Shown here in pieces: positions 13,980 through 26,400 of a DNA stretch of 64,000 bases. The position numbers were made by a program, and so were the translations under genes. The stretch's first letter is position 1, and each line of letters begins with the position of its first letter. This DNA is from Fimbriosthenelais zetlandica. Taxonomy: Eukaryota. The stretch covers positions 25,172,001 to 25,236,000 of the forward strand of contig OZ365114.1 in assembly GCA_977030845.1 (NCBI GenBank). The letters are read 5' to 3'. The notes below the pieces were generated by a model that made no database searches, was not told the DNA's origin, and saw nothing but the letters and a program-made list of their open reading frames with translations.

Positions 13980-15050
13980 GTGCTGCCTTTTAAAAATATT
14001 TGATATTGCCTCAAAATGTTTGGCATTGGTCACAGAGCTTTTGCAGCTGGATTTACACTAATAAATAGTTGCCCTGGTTGCAATGCATCATGGGATTTAA
14101 AGTGTTCGGCAATGCACAAAAGATTTGTAACACATTTCAGAAATCTGTCCATTCATAAAATATAATATCCCAGATATATCTATAGAGATCTGATAACGAA
14201 TGGTTACAGATATACCCAGCGCGCCTCTTGTTCGAAATCATATTTGAAATCATATATATGTAAAGATATTTCTTTATATCTTGAATTGGTAGCAGCAATA
14301 TCGTCCAAACAATCTTATCAGAATGCAACATTGCGAATTAAATCTTTTGTGCATTGCCGGATACTGCCTTTTGTGGGATGCCTTACAAATGTTACTATCA
14401 AGTAGGCATTTAATATGCTGATATGCTGAAAATATCTTTTCTTGAGAGATTGCATGTGGAAGTACATTTATAACATGGTTGGGCTGACCAAGGCCGTAAC
14501 ACCATAACCAATTACATAATGAATCCTGCACACAGAGGGATTTACCTCTTTTATCTGAGAATAATCCATTTTCAAGACACCTTTGGACCTTCAATTCCAA
14601 TCTGGGTGTGGTGACGGTGCCCAAAGTTCATGGAATCAGTGCGTTCCTGGGTCGGTTAACGTTATTACATGCTTATCTTTCCACAGATAATCGACCATTG
14701 GATGTGATCCATAGAAGCGCATTCAGCCGCAGTAATGGAATCAAATAGTCATTATTCAATAATAGACACAATGAGTTCCCGTGCCTGGGTCTTGACCAAC
14801 GGTAATAACTTGATCTCTCACAAGAAAAAACATGATGTGTTTCACTAAGAAAAATTATGTCAGCATCCGATTTTGTAGGGAATCGTTAAAACAAATTTAA
14901 GTAATCTTGTGTGTATATATAAGGTTATATATATAAGACTTCGAACAAGGTCGAGGTCGAACAAGTTTAAAACTATGTTCTGGAGGATTCTTAAGATTGT
15001 AATTACTTTTTTGCAGTTCTGCTTATTTACCACTTTACTCATTATTGAAA
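13980..15050 (-). mobile_element. Decayed LINE (L2/Crack/CR1-type) RT and 3' region
   Basis: Motif remnants in the expected order on the - strand: STLFEVLYI (~14960-14930), DADIIFLSET (~14868-14839), YDFKYDFEQE (~14255-14225); many stops and frameshifts. Confidence 0.55.
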
Positions 15051-17449
15051 GACATACGAACAATCTTGTCCACATTATATTGGCACATTAAGAAGGTGGA
15101 TACATTTTATGAAATGTTTTCATAATGGACAAACATTCAGTTGTTTTTAAACAAGACATATTTAAAAGTAAATCTTGTTGAAACGAGGAGGTTGTTTGTG
15201 AAATGGTATGAGGTAGAGGACCTTTCAGACTGTAGTTGTATTAAGTGACCAGGAGAAGTTGGTCTGACTCCCTCTATAGGGTATGATCCATCAATGACCA
15301 AAGACGGCCGCCACTAAGCACCCCCTAACTGACCACCATCTGTATCCATTAGGCCCTTCTTATCACACAATTACTCCCTATCAGTACCCGATAACGCCCA
15401 CCAAGGTAATACCAACCCCCTACAAAAGGAAATACTAAATTTGTTCAAAATTTCTCCCTGGCTTCCCGATTGCTGCTTGCGGAGGCTGTAATATTTTTTT
15501 TGCCAATTTCGCCGGAGCCCTTTTTGTCCAATTGGTTTATTATGCAATTAATGGCGAATTAGTTGAGGAAATAGGAAGCTGGCTTGGGCGGTATGGGTGT
15601 AATTTGTCATGATTAGTGTCATACCTGGGGAAGTTGGTTATTGATAGTCCACTGGAAGGGCTGTGGTAATATGTGGTCAGGGGTGCAAGGTGAAGCCGCT
15701 CGGGGAAAAGGCGCTTGTGTGGAGGGGGTGGGAGGAAGCGGTGGCAGCCAGGGGGTTGGGCGTGGGTTGGGACAGGGATGGGGTGGAGGAGCACACCAGG
15801 CACTGCAGAGTTAGGCAGGCTTTGAGGCAAAAGCCAGAAGGAGCCATGCCCCTTGGCGAGAAACGTAGGAGTGTAGAAGTTGTTGAAGAGAAAGAAAAGA
15901 ACATTCATTTGCCGGAGGGGAAAACGAGACTCAAGTAAAAGAGGTGGCTTTCAAGAAACTTGAAATACGGAACATAATAGTAGTTCTTTTAATTTTGAAT
16001 ATAGTAGCCAGGGGATGGCAATTATAGTACTAGTGGTACTCGATGTTTTCAGTCGTTGTTTTGAGTAATAAATGGGGTATAGTAGTATTATAGTTAAAGC
16101 AGTAGTAGTATAGTACAACAATAGTTGTTTTCAGTATAGGAACCAATGTACATGGTTTTATTATACCAGTTGTTTTCATTAGTTGCTCGGGTAGGGTAGT
16201 AATACTCCTTTCAGAAGTAGTCAAGGCATGATAAATAAGAAACCAATTAAGATTGGGGCAGTAGCTATACTGGTATCTGGTATAGTAACAGCTGAGTACG
16301 TTTCAACTTTGATATTTTAACTTGTACAGTAAACACAATACAGATTGAAGTTGATTTGGACGGCTACCTCCATCTAACCTGCCTCCATCTTTTCAAGTCA
16401 AGGAATCCCTGAGGTAAGTTTCTGGTGTGGATCCTCTGACCCCTTTACCGAGCCGTTACTAGCAACCTGAGCACCTCATTACCTTATTAGTACGCATGCG
16501 TCGACGAGCAGATTAAGACCCTTAATACCTGCCAAGTGTCAACTTTGTCTCCAGCCCTCTGGCGGCAGGGCTCTTCACAAAGGTGACAGCTGCCCCCAGG
16601 TGAGTATCTTGATTCCTAATTAAACTAATTGCATTAACGAGGAACGCCTTTGTCTGAGGATTAATCCGTCGTTTCGTGGATTGATCTCCTGCGGATGTCC
16701 CAGGACCTAGTCAAGCGTCTTAAATAACCTGAAGGCGACAGATTAGCCTCCCTGAGACAAAAGCAGGTCTTGGTTTTGAATGGGGATGAATCCAGGCTCT
16801 TTACTCCTAATTGAGTCAATGGGAGCTAATGGTATATATGACCCAATAACAAGGTAAACTCGGGCATCCATTTGATCTTCCAATTTGCAGCCAGAAGAAA
16901 CGATAGGTCAATAAGTAGTGATCTAAAGAAAAAGTAATTAATTATCTATAGAAACGTCTAAAGAAACAGTTTAACAAGAAACAGAGATTCCTCATTAAGA
17001 ATTGGATCTCTGTGATGTATTTCACCTGTATTTAATGATAACCTGTAGAGACTTTGAGATGTCCTCTTTCTGTCCATTGACCTGATTGGTTAGCCTGGGA
17101 TAGCAGAAGTGGGTGTCAAGAGAGGGGAAATGGGATGTCACCTAGAGGAGAAGGCATGTCACCAGCTTGCCCTGACAGAAAACTTTCATTAGTGATAATA
17201 TCCTCTCTACAGAGGCTTAAATAGGATTCACAAGACATTGCCTGTTCATTATAATAATGTCTAAGAACAAGGGAAGAGGGAGCTAGTGAGTAGAAAGCTT
17301 AATTTTAGCTGCTTCCAATAAAACCATGAGCCAATATACAGTGCATCATAGAAATCGTTTGATACTTCTTCATGAATACCACGTATATAGTTCGTCGATG
17401 GACATTGACCCAATAACTACTTTAAGTACATATAAAATGTGTAAATCCC

Positions 17450-18250
17450 TCTAATCATTTAAGTAGGTAGAATTTAAACTTGTGAATGTGCAACCTCATT
17501 GATGTCAATGCTGCTAAGGGCGATCCAGTCGCCTGGTAATTATAATGTTTCAATCACCTCAGTAACGATAAGACACCATATCTGTGAAGGTACATCTTTG
17601 TCATCAGATTGAAATGGGCTTCAATGCTGCAGCTCCATCTACAGTGTGACAACGAAAATAAGAACTGCAAGAATAATCACTTGGAGGTCTGACTCAGTGC
17701 TGCCATCTGCTGAGTCAATGGTAACTTCACAGTGTCCAAGAAAAACATCGTCAGAATAGAGTTGTTATAAAAGGCATAGAGTTGGCCCTAGTGTTGCACC
17801 TTGGGGTACACCGGCCGGCTGTATGAGGTGGGAGTGTCTATCTGAATCAACTTTGACTTGCTGTTTCCTTTTTCAAAGATTATTTCCGGAAAATATGCAT
17901 GAGCATATTCAATTTATTACATAAGGTTTGTGTGCATAAGAATGCATCATGACAGATACTATCAAAGGCTTTCTTTAGATCTATAAAGATACAAAACCAC
18001 AGTGAAAGAGTGAAAGTTACTGTCTCTTAAAACCAATGCCTTCTTGCCATGTAGTCTGAACTCTGAACAGATCATTACAGTCATCGAAAACAGCATCGCA
18101 CCATGGCCTGTGCTGCCATCTATGAGTACCTCTCTTAAGCTTGAACCAAGCTTAAAGTGAGGCGCATCACCAAGCAGACCATTGAATGTGCCTGGGATCT
18201 GTTCCCATTTTTGCATTACTTACATGCTTTGCCAAGTTTTTAAAACAGAC
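17450..18250 (-). mobile_element. Decayed LINE (CR1/L2-type) reverse transcriptase
   Basis: NGLLGDAPHF, FIDLKKAFDSICH (~17990-17950), GVPQGATLGPTL (~17815-17780) and LYSDD (~17760-17745) in canonical order, with frameshifts. Confidence 0.8.
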
Positions 18251-19633
18251 AATCACCATTTGCAGGATTATTGCAACCTCAATTCCAAACATGACACACA
18301 TCATATGACTTAGGTATACGAGATATCAACAGAGGAGGTTAGAACTATGACTAACGAGTATAGGCTGATCTGTAACTGCAGGTTAAATAGCTCCAGGTGC
18401 ACCTGTGACTTTGGCTAATTTCCAACACCATCATTTACTCAGTTTAATAGCCGCCTGCCTCTCCCCAGGCCAGAGTATGCATGGTCATGAGAAGTATGTT
18501 AATTGGCAAAAAAAAAAGGAGAGAAAATGCCTCCATTTGCATGGCCTCCCTGGCCTAATTAGGGGTAAGGCAATGATGGGGGATGACCAGTTATAAACTG
18601 TACAGTGCTATCTATTGTAATCAATAGTCTCATAACTCCCGGTCGTGTAAAGACTGCCTGGCTCTCTATGAGCTAGATAGCCATTATACTCCCAATAGGT
18701 CCTCGGTTGGGGTATGTCATGTAAGGAACAGTTGTTAATCTAGAAACGAGGAATATCCATTAGGCTCCAGCTAATCCCAGCCCCCGTGCAAGAAAGACCA
18801 GCTCCAGGCCACTTACCAGCCCTTTGTCCCCCTGTTATAGATCACTCCATTGTCCCCCTCCTCCTTCCCACCCTCTTCTTTCTCCCCTCCCAGCCTCTTC
18901 CTTTTACAGGTTCGTGGGACTCTATATTATTCCGAGCACACCATGAGAAAGTTGTATATAGCGGATTCGATGTCGATGCCGAGTCATGCAAACAGCCCGC
19001 TGTTCCTGCACATTCATCAGCAGGCTGTTCTCTGAAAATATGTGCCACAGTCACAGAGAAATTCTATACGTTCCTTTAACCAAACAGCCTCATGAACACA
19101 TTGTTCTTAAAAGAATAGTCTTCAGCATGGCATTAAGTCATTTGGTGAATTTACAGGAACAATATGGCTCCTTAATGGCTAAACTATATGGCTATAGGGC
19201 AAAATTAGATTCAAGCAATTCGCTGCAAACTCAGGCTAGCCATTTGGTAGCCTAAGGCGTTCTCTATTGCATCTACTGGCAAGAGTGGACACTTTGGTTT
19301 CTTTTAACTCTCGTGTATCGAGTGTGTCAATCATCAGTGATCGAGTGATCTACCACCCACACAGCACTCAGGATGAAAAATAAACAGATATGAAGACATA
19401 TTTTAAACAACTGAGTAAAGAGTGTATAACTTTAGACAGCTTCTAACATTGTTAGATCCACCTCAAGGACGCGTCGACTGGGGAGTGTCAGTTGTCATAA
19501 TCAATTTCCTCCTGGGTCGTTGGGATCATAATGCAACATCGATTTCAACAACGATTACTCATTCTTACGGTATTGATGCAGTCTGGGCAAACGCAATACT
19601 GATGTGATGGCCAACGTTGAGACCCTGCTATTA

Positions 19634-19844
19634 CCATTCCTGTGGGAATCTTTTGAGGTAAAGGCTATATAACAGTGTATGCCTATAGTCCAAAGAATGG
19701 TTGTCTTTTGTCGTGAAACCATTCCTTCAAGAGAGGAGGGAATGCTAATGCCATTCCTATGGGAATCTTTTGATATAAAGTCTATAATAGTCTATGCCTA
19801 TTGGTCAAAAGAATGGTAGTCTTTTGTCATACAACCATTTCTTT
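19634..19844. repeat. Diverged ~94-bp direct repeat, 2 copies
   Basis: 19634-19727 and 19751-19844 share CCATTCCTRTGGGAATCTTTTGA...AAAGAATGGTWGTCTTTTGTC...AACCATT. Confidence 0.85.
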
Positions 19845-20418
19845 AGTGCAGGTGCTCATGATGTAACATGATGTAACACTAAGGGAGGGAAGCTGTCTAA
19901 AGTACATTGGACAGCTCAGGGATTCAACTCCCTACCCTGACATCACTCTGTATAATCCGACACAACTGTCCTCTAGGTCTCCTGGCATGGGACGCAGTCG
20001 CCTCTGTGTATGCCATTCACCTGAATAGTATTTTTTCTAGACAGCAGGCCATACTTGAGCCAGCCCAGGGTGAAGTCGAAAAGGAGAATAATAAGCTAGA
20101 GGGGGCAGAACAGGAAGCACCCTCCCCACTGCCTTACCCCAATCCATAGATGTCTACACGCCTCTCCCGTTACAATGCCTACCTCCGCGCCCATTCTCCC
20201 CTCCCTCCTCCTCTTCCTCCTCCCTCCCCATCCTCCCATTCCATCTCATTCTCTCAACCAACACAGACACGGTCACAAAGCGCTGCTTCCTCATCCACTA
20301 CACTCACAATGATGAAGGTCTCAACACTCAACACCACTCATTGCTTACCGCTTAAAACTTCCTACCAACTCAACTTCAATTCTTAACTGGCTTTCCAGCA
20401 GAGGACAAGATAGCCAAC

Positions 20419-23400
20419 ATGGGGATAGCCGAAGCCTGGCGTCACAGGACACTGTTGATGAAGATATTCACACTTATCCAGGTGTTAGCAATACTCCTTC
20501 ATTCTTTCTGTCTGATATCTAAACACTGGGCAACAACTACAGGGAGTAATTCACGTCAAATAGGACTATGGGACTACATTGTCAACAAGCACAAAGGTAG
20601 GTCAGCGGTTTGCCATTCAAGCAGTAAATAGGTAACGAGGACAGGTTTAATGCTTGCCCAAAGTTCTCTATGCATATATTCAAGCCCCTGGGTCTATTTC
20701 TGATTCCCTCCAAGACTGCCACCTATACCAGTTGATGGAAATAATCACTAACAAGGCATAGAAAGTATATTTTCAAATACTCAAATACTTTTCAATTTGA
20801 CCTACAATTGGGATAGTTATAAAGTAGTATCCAAAAATAATTAACACAGAGAAGGCATGTGGGAATGCTGGCATATTATATGAATAAAAATAGATTTCAA
20901 ACATTATTTCTACGACAGTTGACGCCGCTAGGCAACCTCCAAAATCTCATAAACTAGTGTATTTTACCCACCATCTGGTTAGAAATCCATTAAACCGTTT
21001 ATAGCAATCAATATAATCTTATATTGTTCATTTCCATAATATGTAACGTTCATTTGTTTCTATGCCCTTCATAACACAATTTACTTAGCCACAGGTCGTT
21101 ATTTATGATTTATTCATTTCATCCCCTCAATCCAGACTAATCTTCTCCCATTACATATATGATTATGTACATATATATAGACATATATATCATTGGGTAT
21201 AAAACACACTGTTGAACATTGGTTAATGCATTTTTTTCCTAGAAGTGGGTGCCTGGACATATTGCTGTGTGTAGCATGTTTAGCTCATCATCATCATCAC
21301 CATCATATAGAAACAACCATGACTTGGTCCAGGGTGCTCTATCGATCCAATCATCTATCATTTATCTCCATAATAAATATTTGTCTCTGAAAGGCAGGAA
21401 GTGTGTTTGAAGTAACTACATGTTACTTCCATCCCACCATCAAAGGAAGCAGAATGAAACCCTGCTACAAGAATTTTTAGCCAGCAATGTGTTACATCTA
21501 CTCACTGCTTATGATTCATTCATCTAGCCTCTCAGTGGTTGGGCTCCACAGGCACTGAGAGATGGCAGTGGGCTGGGGGTCTCTCATGAAAAACACGGTC
21601 AATCTCTCATAGAATTACTATGGGCAATAACAGTTTTTATGAAACACCCTCAGGGCCTGGCTGTCTGCTCATACAGCTGAAAGTGCTTCAATATATCGAT
21701 GGAAGCCGCACAACTAATTGTTCTAACGCTATAACTCATTTTATATGAAACACTCCCCAGTTAGCCCCCTCACCTAATATTTCTTCACTGCTGACCCTTG
21801 TCTAGCACCTGGATGGTTTTGACCTTTTTAAGCAACCGCCAAACTCATTTCCCTAAGGTGGCCCTTAATGCACCATTCTATAAAGTGGGAGGAGCTGTGA
21901 TGTCCCTAAAATGTCAGACAATTAATAGTGGCACGAGAAAGATCAATGCATAGTAGTCTTCCCTATACCCAACTACCCCACCACTATGAGTATGATGTAG
22001 GACAATTCACGTTTAATACATGAAGGGACCTGAATGAGCATGTCAGTAAAAGCCAACTCAAGCTCAGAAAGGAGAACCTACTAAATCACAATGGTGTCCA
22101 CTATAGATTGACTGGGAAAACATTGTCGCCCCTTTGTTTTCCTAGTGCCTAGACATGAGCATCACGTTTCACCCCTAAAAGTTACACAAAACTTATCTAT
22201 TATTGATGACTGTGACACCCCAGAATCAGGTTACGGGAGTGGAAGTATAGAGTTTTATTCCTGGTGTCATGTTGATACAAAGCTATCACATTGACATCCC
22301 ATGGTATTTATAGGCCTTCCGATACCAGTTTCAATATTACCAGTGATTGTAAAATTGTAGCACCAAGGAGGATTCCAAAACACCTGATGAATTTTGTCCT
22401 TAATAACTAAGTTTATAAAGAATATTATACGTCAGTACTGTTAACTCAAGATAACTTCCTTGACAGAGAGTGCCAATATCACTCGATTGTTTTTTTAATA
22501 TAGGCATTGTTTTTTTAATATAGGCATTGTTTTTTCAATATAGGCATTGTTTTTTCAATATAGGCATATGAATTCTTCGGCAGGTATATAATATGTCACA
22601 AATTCATGTCCCCTATGTCTTGTATCATATTACTTTGTGACATGACATGCAATTTATTCTGGGAGGGATGGTCCTGATATAACATGCTGTTATTCTTTAC
22701 TGCCGCATGTGTATTTTTGTATCAAAGCCTAACAGGTGCAATTGGTCTTTTTACGATGAATTTATATCTAATAGAATATTGGGAGTCTGTGATGTGGAGG
22801 AGATAAAAGTAAGTGTTCACCTACCGTTAGAAGATGCTCCAAATCAATGATCAGCAGGAAATGGATCATCAGCTGCTGGAAAAAAACAAAGAAATGTTAT
22901 CACTTAATATATATTTTGGTCAAGTTAAAGTCTACGAACAAATGAAATGATGACCGAAGGTTCACTATTGACGTTCAATGTGAAACCTTGAGAATGTCCA
23001 GTTATGCCCTCCTTGACCTTACAGTAGAGAGCCTTTTGTATATGAAGTCATATTCACCTCATAATCAATTTAGCATTGTCTCATCTCGTGTTAGCCACCA
23101 GTTATTGTCAACAGGAATGAGAATACAATGCAGACCTGGCATGGAATCAAGCAGTGGGTAAATGGTACTTTCTTTTATATGCTCATAAAATACAGGAACA
23201 CATTTATTAAACACATCCATGGACACTCGCCACTAAATTAAGTGAACGCTATGGCTCCATGGCAACGAGAACGAGTGGGGTTTCCCTCAGCAACAGAATA
23301 GTAATCAAGTGAAGACTCTTCAGTAACATATCGACCCGAAAAAAATGTCATGTTTAATTAGTTTATTCCTCAAATAACTTCAAGCCTGCCTCAATGAGAA

Positions 23401-26400
23401 GATATCTATTATGAAATCATACCAGACCACTATTAGTGGCGACGTGTATGATACATCGATTGACAATCACCCCATTTTGAAACGCTGTGACATTATTGTC
23501 GTCTTATAAATTTATATCTTTTTTTCGTATCTTTTCTAGTGTCTCTCGGCCCAGCTCACGTGGTAGGAGCAGTATTAGCCGTGGCTTCACTAGTTCTCAT
23601 GCTCGGCGCATGTATTCTCAATATCCTCTGCCTTCACAGACGTCTTATCGTGGTTATGACGTCATTAATAGCCTTAACGTTTACTTCCGGTAAGTTATCC
23701 AACACATTTCAGTGACAAGAAACAACCGTTACCGAAATACAGTGAACAAAATAAGATCCTAATAAAGGATTATGATAAGAAATGTGATCGTCATGATTCT
23801 CATGCCTCGTCACTTGATTTAGGGTGAATTCTCATGAACTGTCCGCACACGATGGACGAGCTGACGGTGCTTTACATATAAGAGATACATGCATAGCACT
23901 TATGTCAATATATCCGCCTCGTCATTTTCTATCGGGGGATATATGGTTTTACTTACCTGTGATCAGAACTTTTCATTGTATGACTGAAAAACATGCCAAT
24001 TTTTGCCATTTTGAAAAAAAACCACGTGAGTAATTTGAGGTAACTTGGTATTGTAAAATAAATAAGACTAATGGAGTAAGGATTAATGCACGAAAAGATC
24101 AACAAGACCCATCATTTCTTGGGAAACTTTTGAAATATTGTCAATCCCGAACTGAATATTTTCTGTGGCTGATTTAGTCATGGTGTACTTGTGCATCACC
24201 GTGAGTATGCCTAAATTGAGAAGCCCATACACTTACATTAGAGAAATCCTAGTTCAAGTTTTAATGGCTTAAAATTACCGTTAAGCATTGTAGTGTTTAA
24301 TGCAACAATGAAATACTGGACTCTTCATATCTGGATCAGGCATATTTCTACAATTCTCTAAAAAGTCCAGTTTTTGTGTAGTTTTTGCGTCACCGTGAGT
24401 ATGCACTTATTTCAAGCATTACTTGAAAACAAAAAAAGAATAAGATGAATGCTTCTGTACATTAATACCTCGAGGTCCTGCCTTCGTTCATGAACAATCG
24501 TAGATCCATTGCACAACCTGTGTCTTGGATAATGTGGCATCTTTTGCCTTCGTCACCGTGAGTATGCTATCACCGTGAGTATGCCAAATTGCCGCCAGGA
24601 GGCTTTTGACCTCTGCTGCCAAGTGGCGGGTTTCATAGAACTAAGCGGCCGTCATTTTGGGCACCGGATATCAACGTCACCGGGCCTTGGTCGGTTTGAG
24701 TTTGGTGAGTATTTCCACGTATTATTTCACAGTACTTTTGAAATCGTACAGGAATAGTTACAGAACATCATGTAGGGACTTCAGGAAAAGTTTAAAAAAA
24801 AGAAAAAAATAAGCCAAAAACACATTTGTACGATGTAAACAACTTATCATTCTATATCAATCAATATATTTTGGCGCGAAATTCGCTTAAGATTTGATTT
24901 TATTATCATGTATACGCACGGTGACGCTCAAGGCATACTCACGGTGATGATTCACCGTTAGTTTGATACAGCAAATCGTCTCCCCCTGTTTTTTATTCAG
25001 AACTATTCTCTGGTCTACTGTAGAGGATGTATGTTTTCTTATATTTTTGTGCTTTATTTTATTTTATTTTGATGATTATTTATTTGGAATGTTAGAGGAA
25101 AGAAAATTGAAGATAGTGAAGTTTTTCTACTGTATTTTAAATTCTGTTACACCTTAGGCCCTTCTTTAATTCAGTTATGATGTCTTTATTCTACTGTACA
25201 CATATACAGATTATTATGTATGGATTATTAAAATTTGTTTTGAAGTATTTATATTGAATACAATTAATGATGCCGTTCCTAGTAGTGTCAGCGTCACCGT
25301 GAGTATGCCTTACACTGTGGCCCCTTTTTGTTATAACTAGACCATCTAAAAGTATGTTGTTTACCAGAAATGATTTTGTGAATCATTTCTTGTATTAAAA
25401 ATAATATATTATGGACATTTCAGGGTTGGTTTTGTATATTTAAACTGTTTTATAGCACTAAAATTCACGAATCTCTGATAAATCCAGGGAAGACAGAAAT
25501 GGCACCAAAGAAACGGAGCTCCCTGAGCGACGGAGAAGGAACGTCACTCCTATGTCCCTGAAGTAAATTTCAAAGCCTTCCAACTGAATTTGATCAATTC
25601 AAATTGTGATCCATTTTAATGAAATTATTTTGAAGGAGTTGGTTGAATTGAAGTTAGTTTATGTTACCCATGTTTTTCTTAGGACTAGACATGCTGTACA
25701 TTAAGTACTCCACTGAACTCTGCAAGTTGTGATTGTAGGCCTACCTATTGTAATATGAACAACTGTATTATCTAATCTACATATTATATTAAAGTATAAT
25801 GTATACTATTATCTATTCCAGCATGGCTGTATTCCTAATGATTTGTTCTGTATATTCCAGTATGCAATGTTTATATATCCAAGATAGTTCAATCTGTGCA
25901 TAATTATATACATGTAGCCTATGTCGGGGATCATACAACATATTTTGCTACTGGACATTTTAGCTATGATGTACCTATGTTAGCAATAAAATATAATAAC
26001 CCTAATTCATATTTTGTATGTATATTCTCAATTTTGAAGTATGCATCACCGTGAATATGCGCGTCACCGTGAATATGCATGATAATTTAGCAACTATTTA
26101 AATCGTAATTCAAATATGGCAAAGAAATATACCATTAGTATGTTCTGTACTATGTGAAATATGATTAAACACGTTAATAAGGTATATCAGAAGAAACCAC
26201 CTTAATATAAGAATAGGCTAAAATTCAAGGAGAATCGTTTTTCAAGAAAGTGCAGGCCAAGATGTCGTTTATCAAATTATATATCAGGTACATACTCACA
26301 GTGCACTAAAAAAGTCAAATTGGACAGGAAAGGATAGAACCACGCAGCATTATACAGAGACTATACATGAATTAGTATTGTTGTACAAATGCATCACCGT

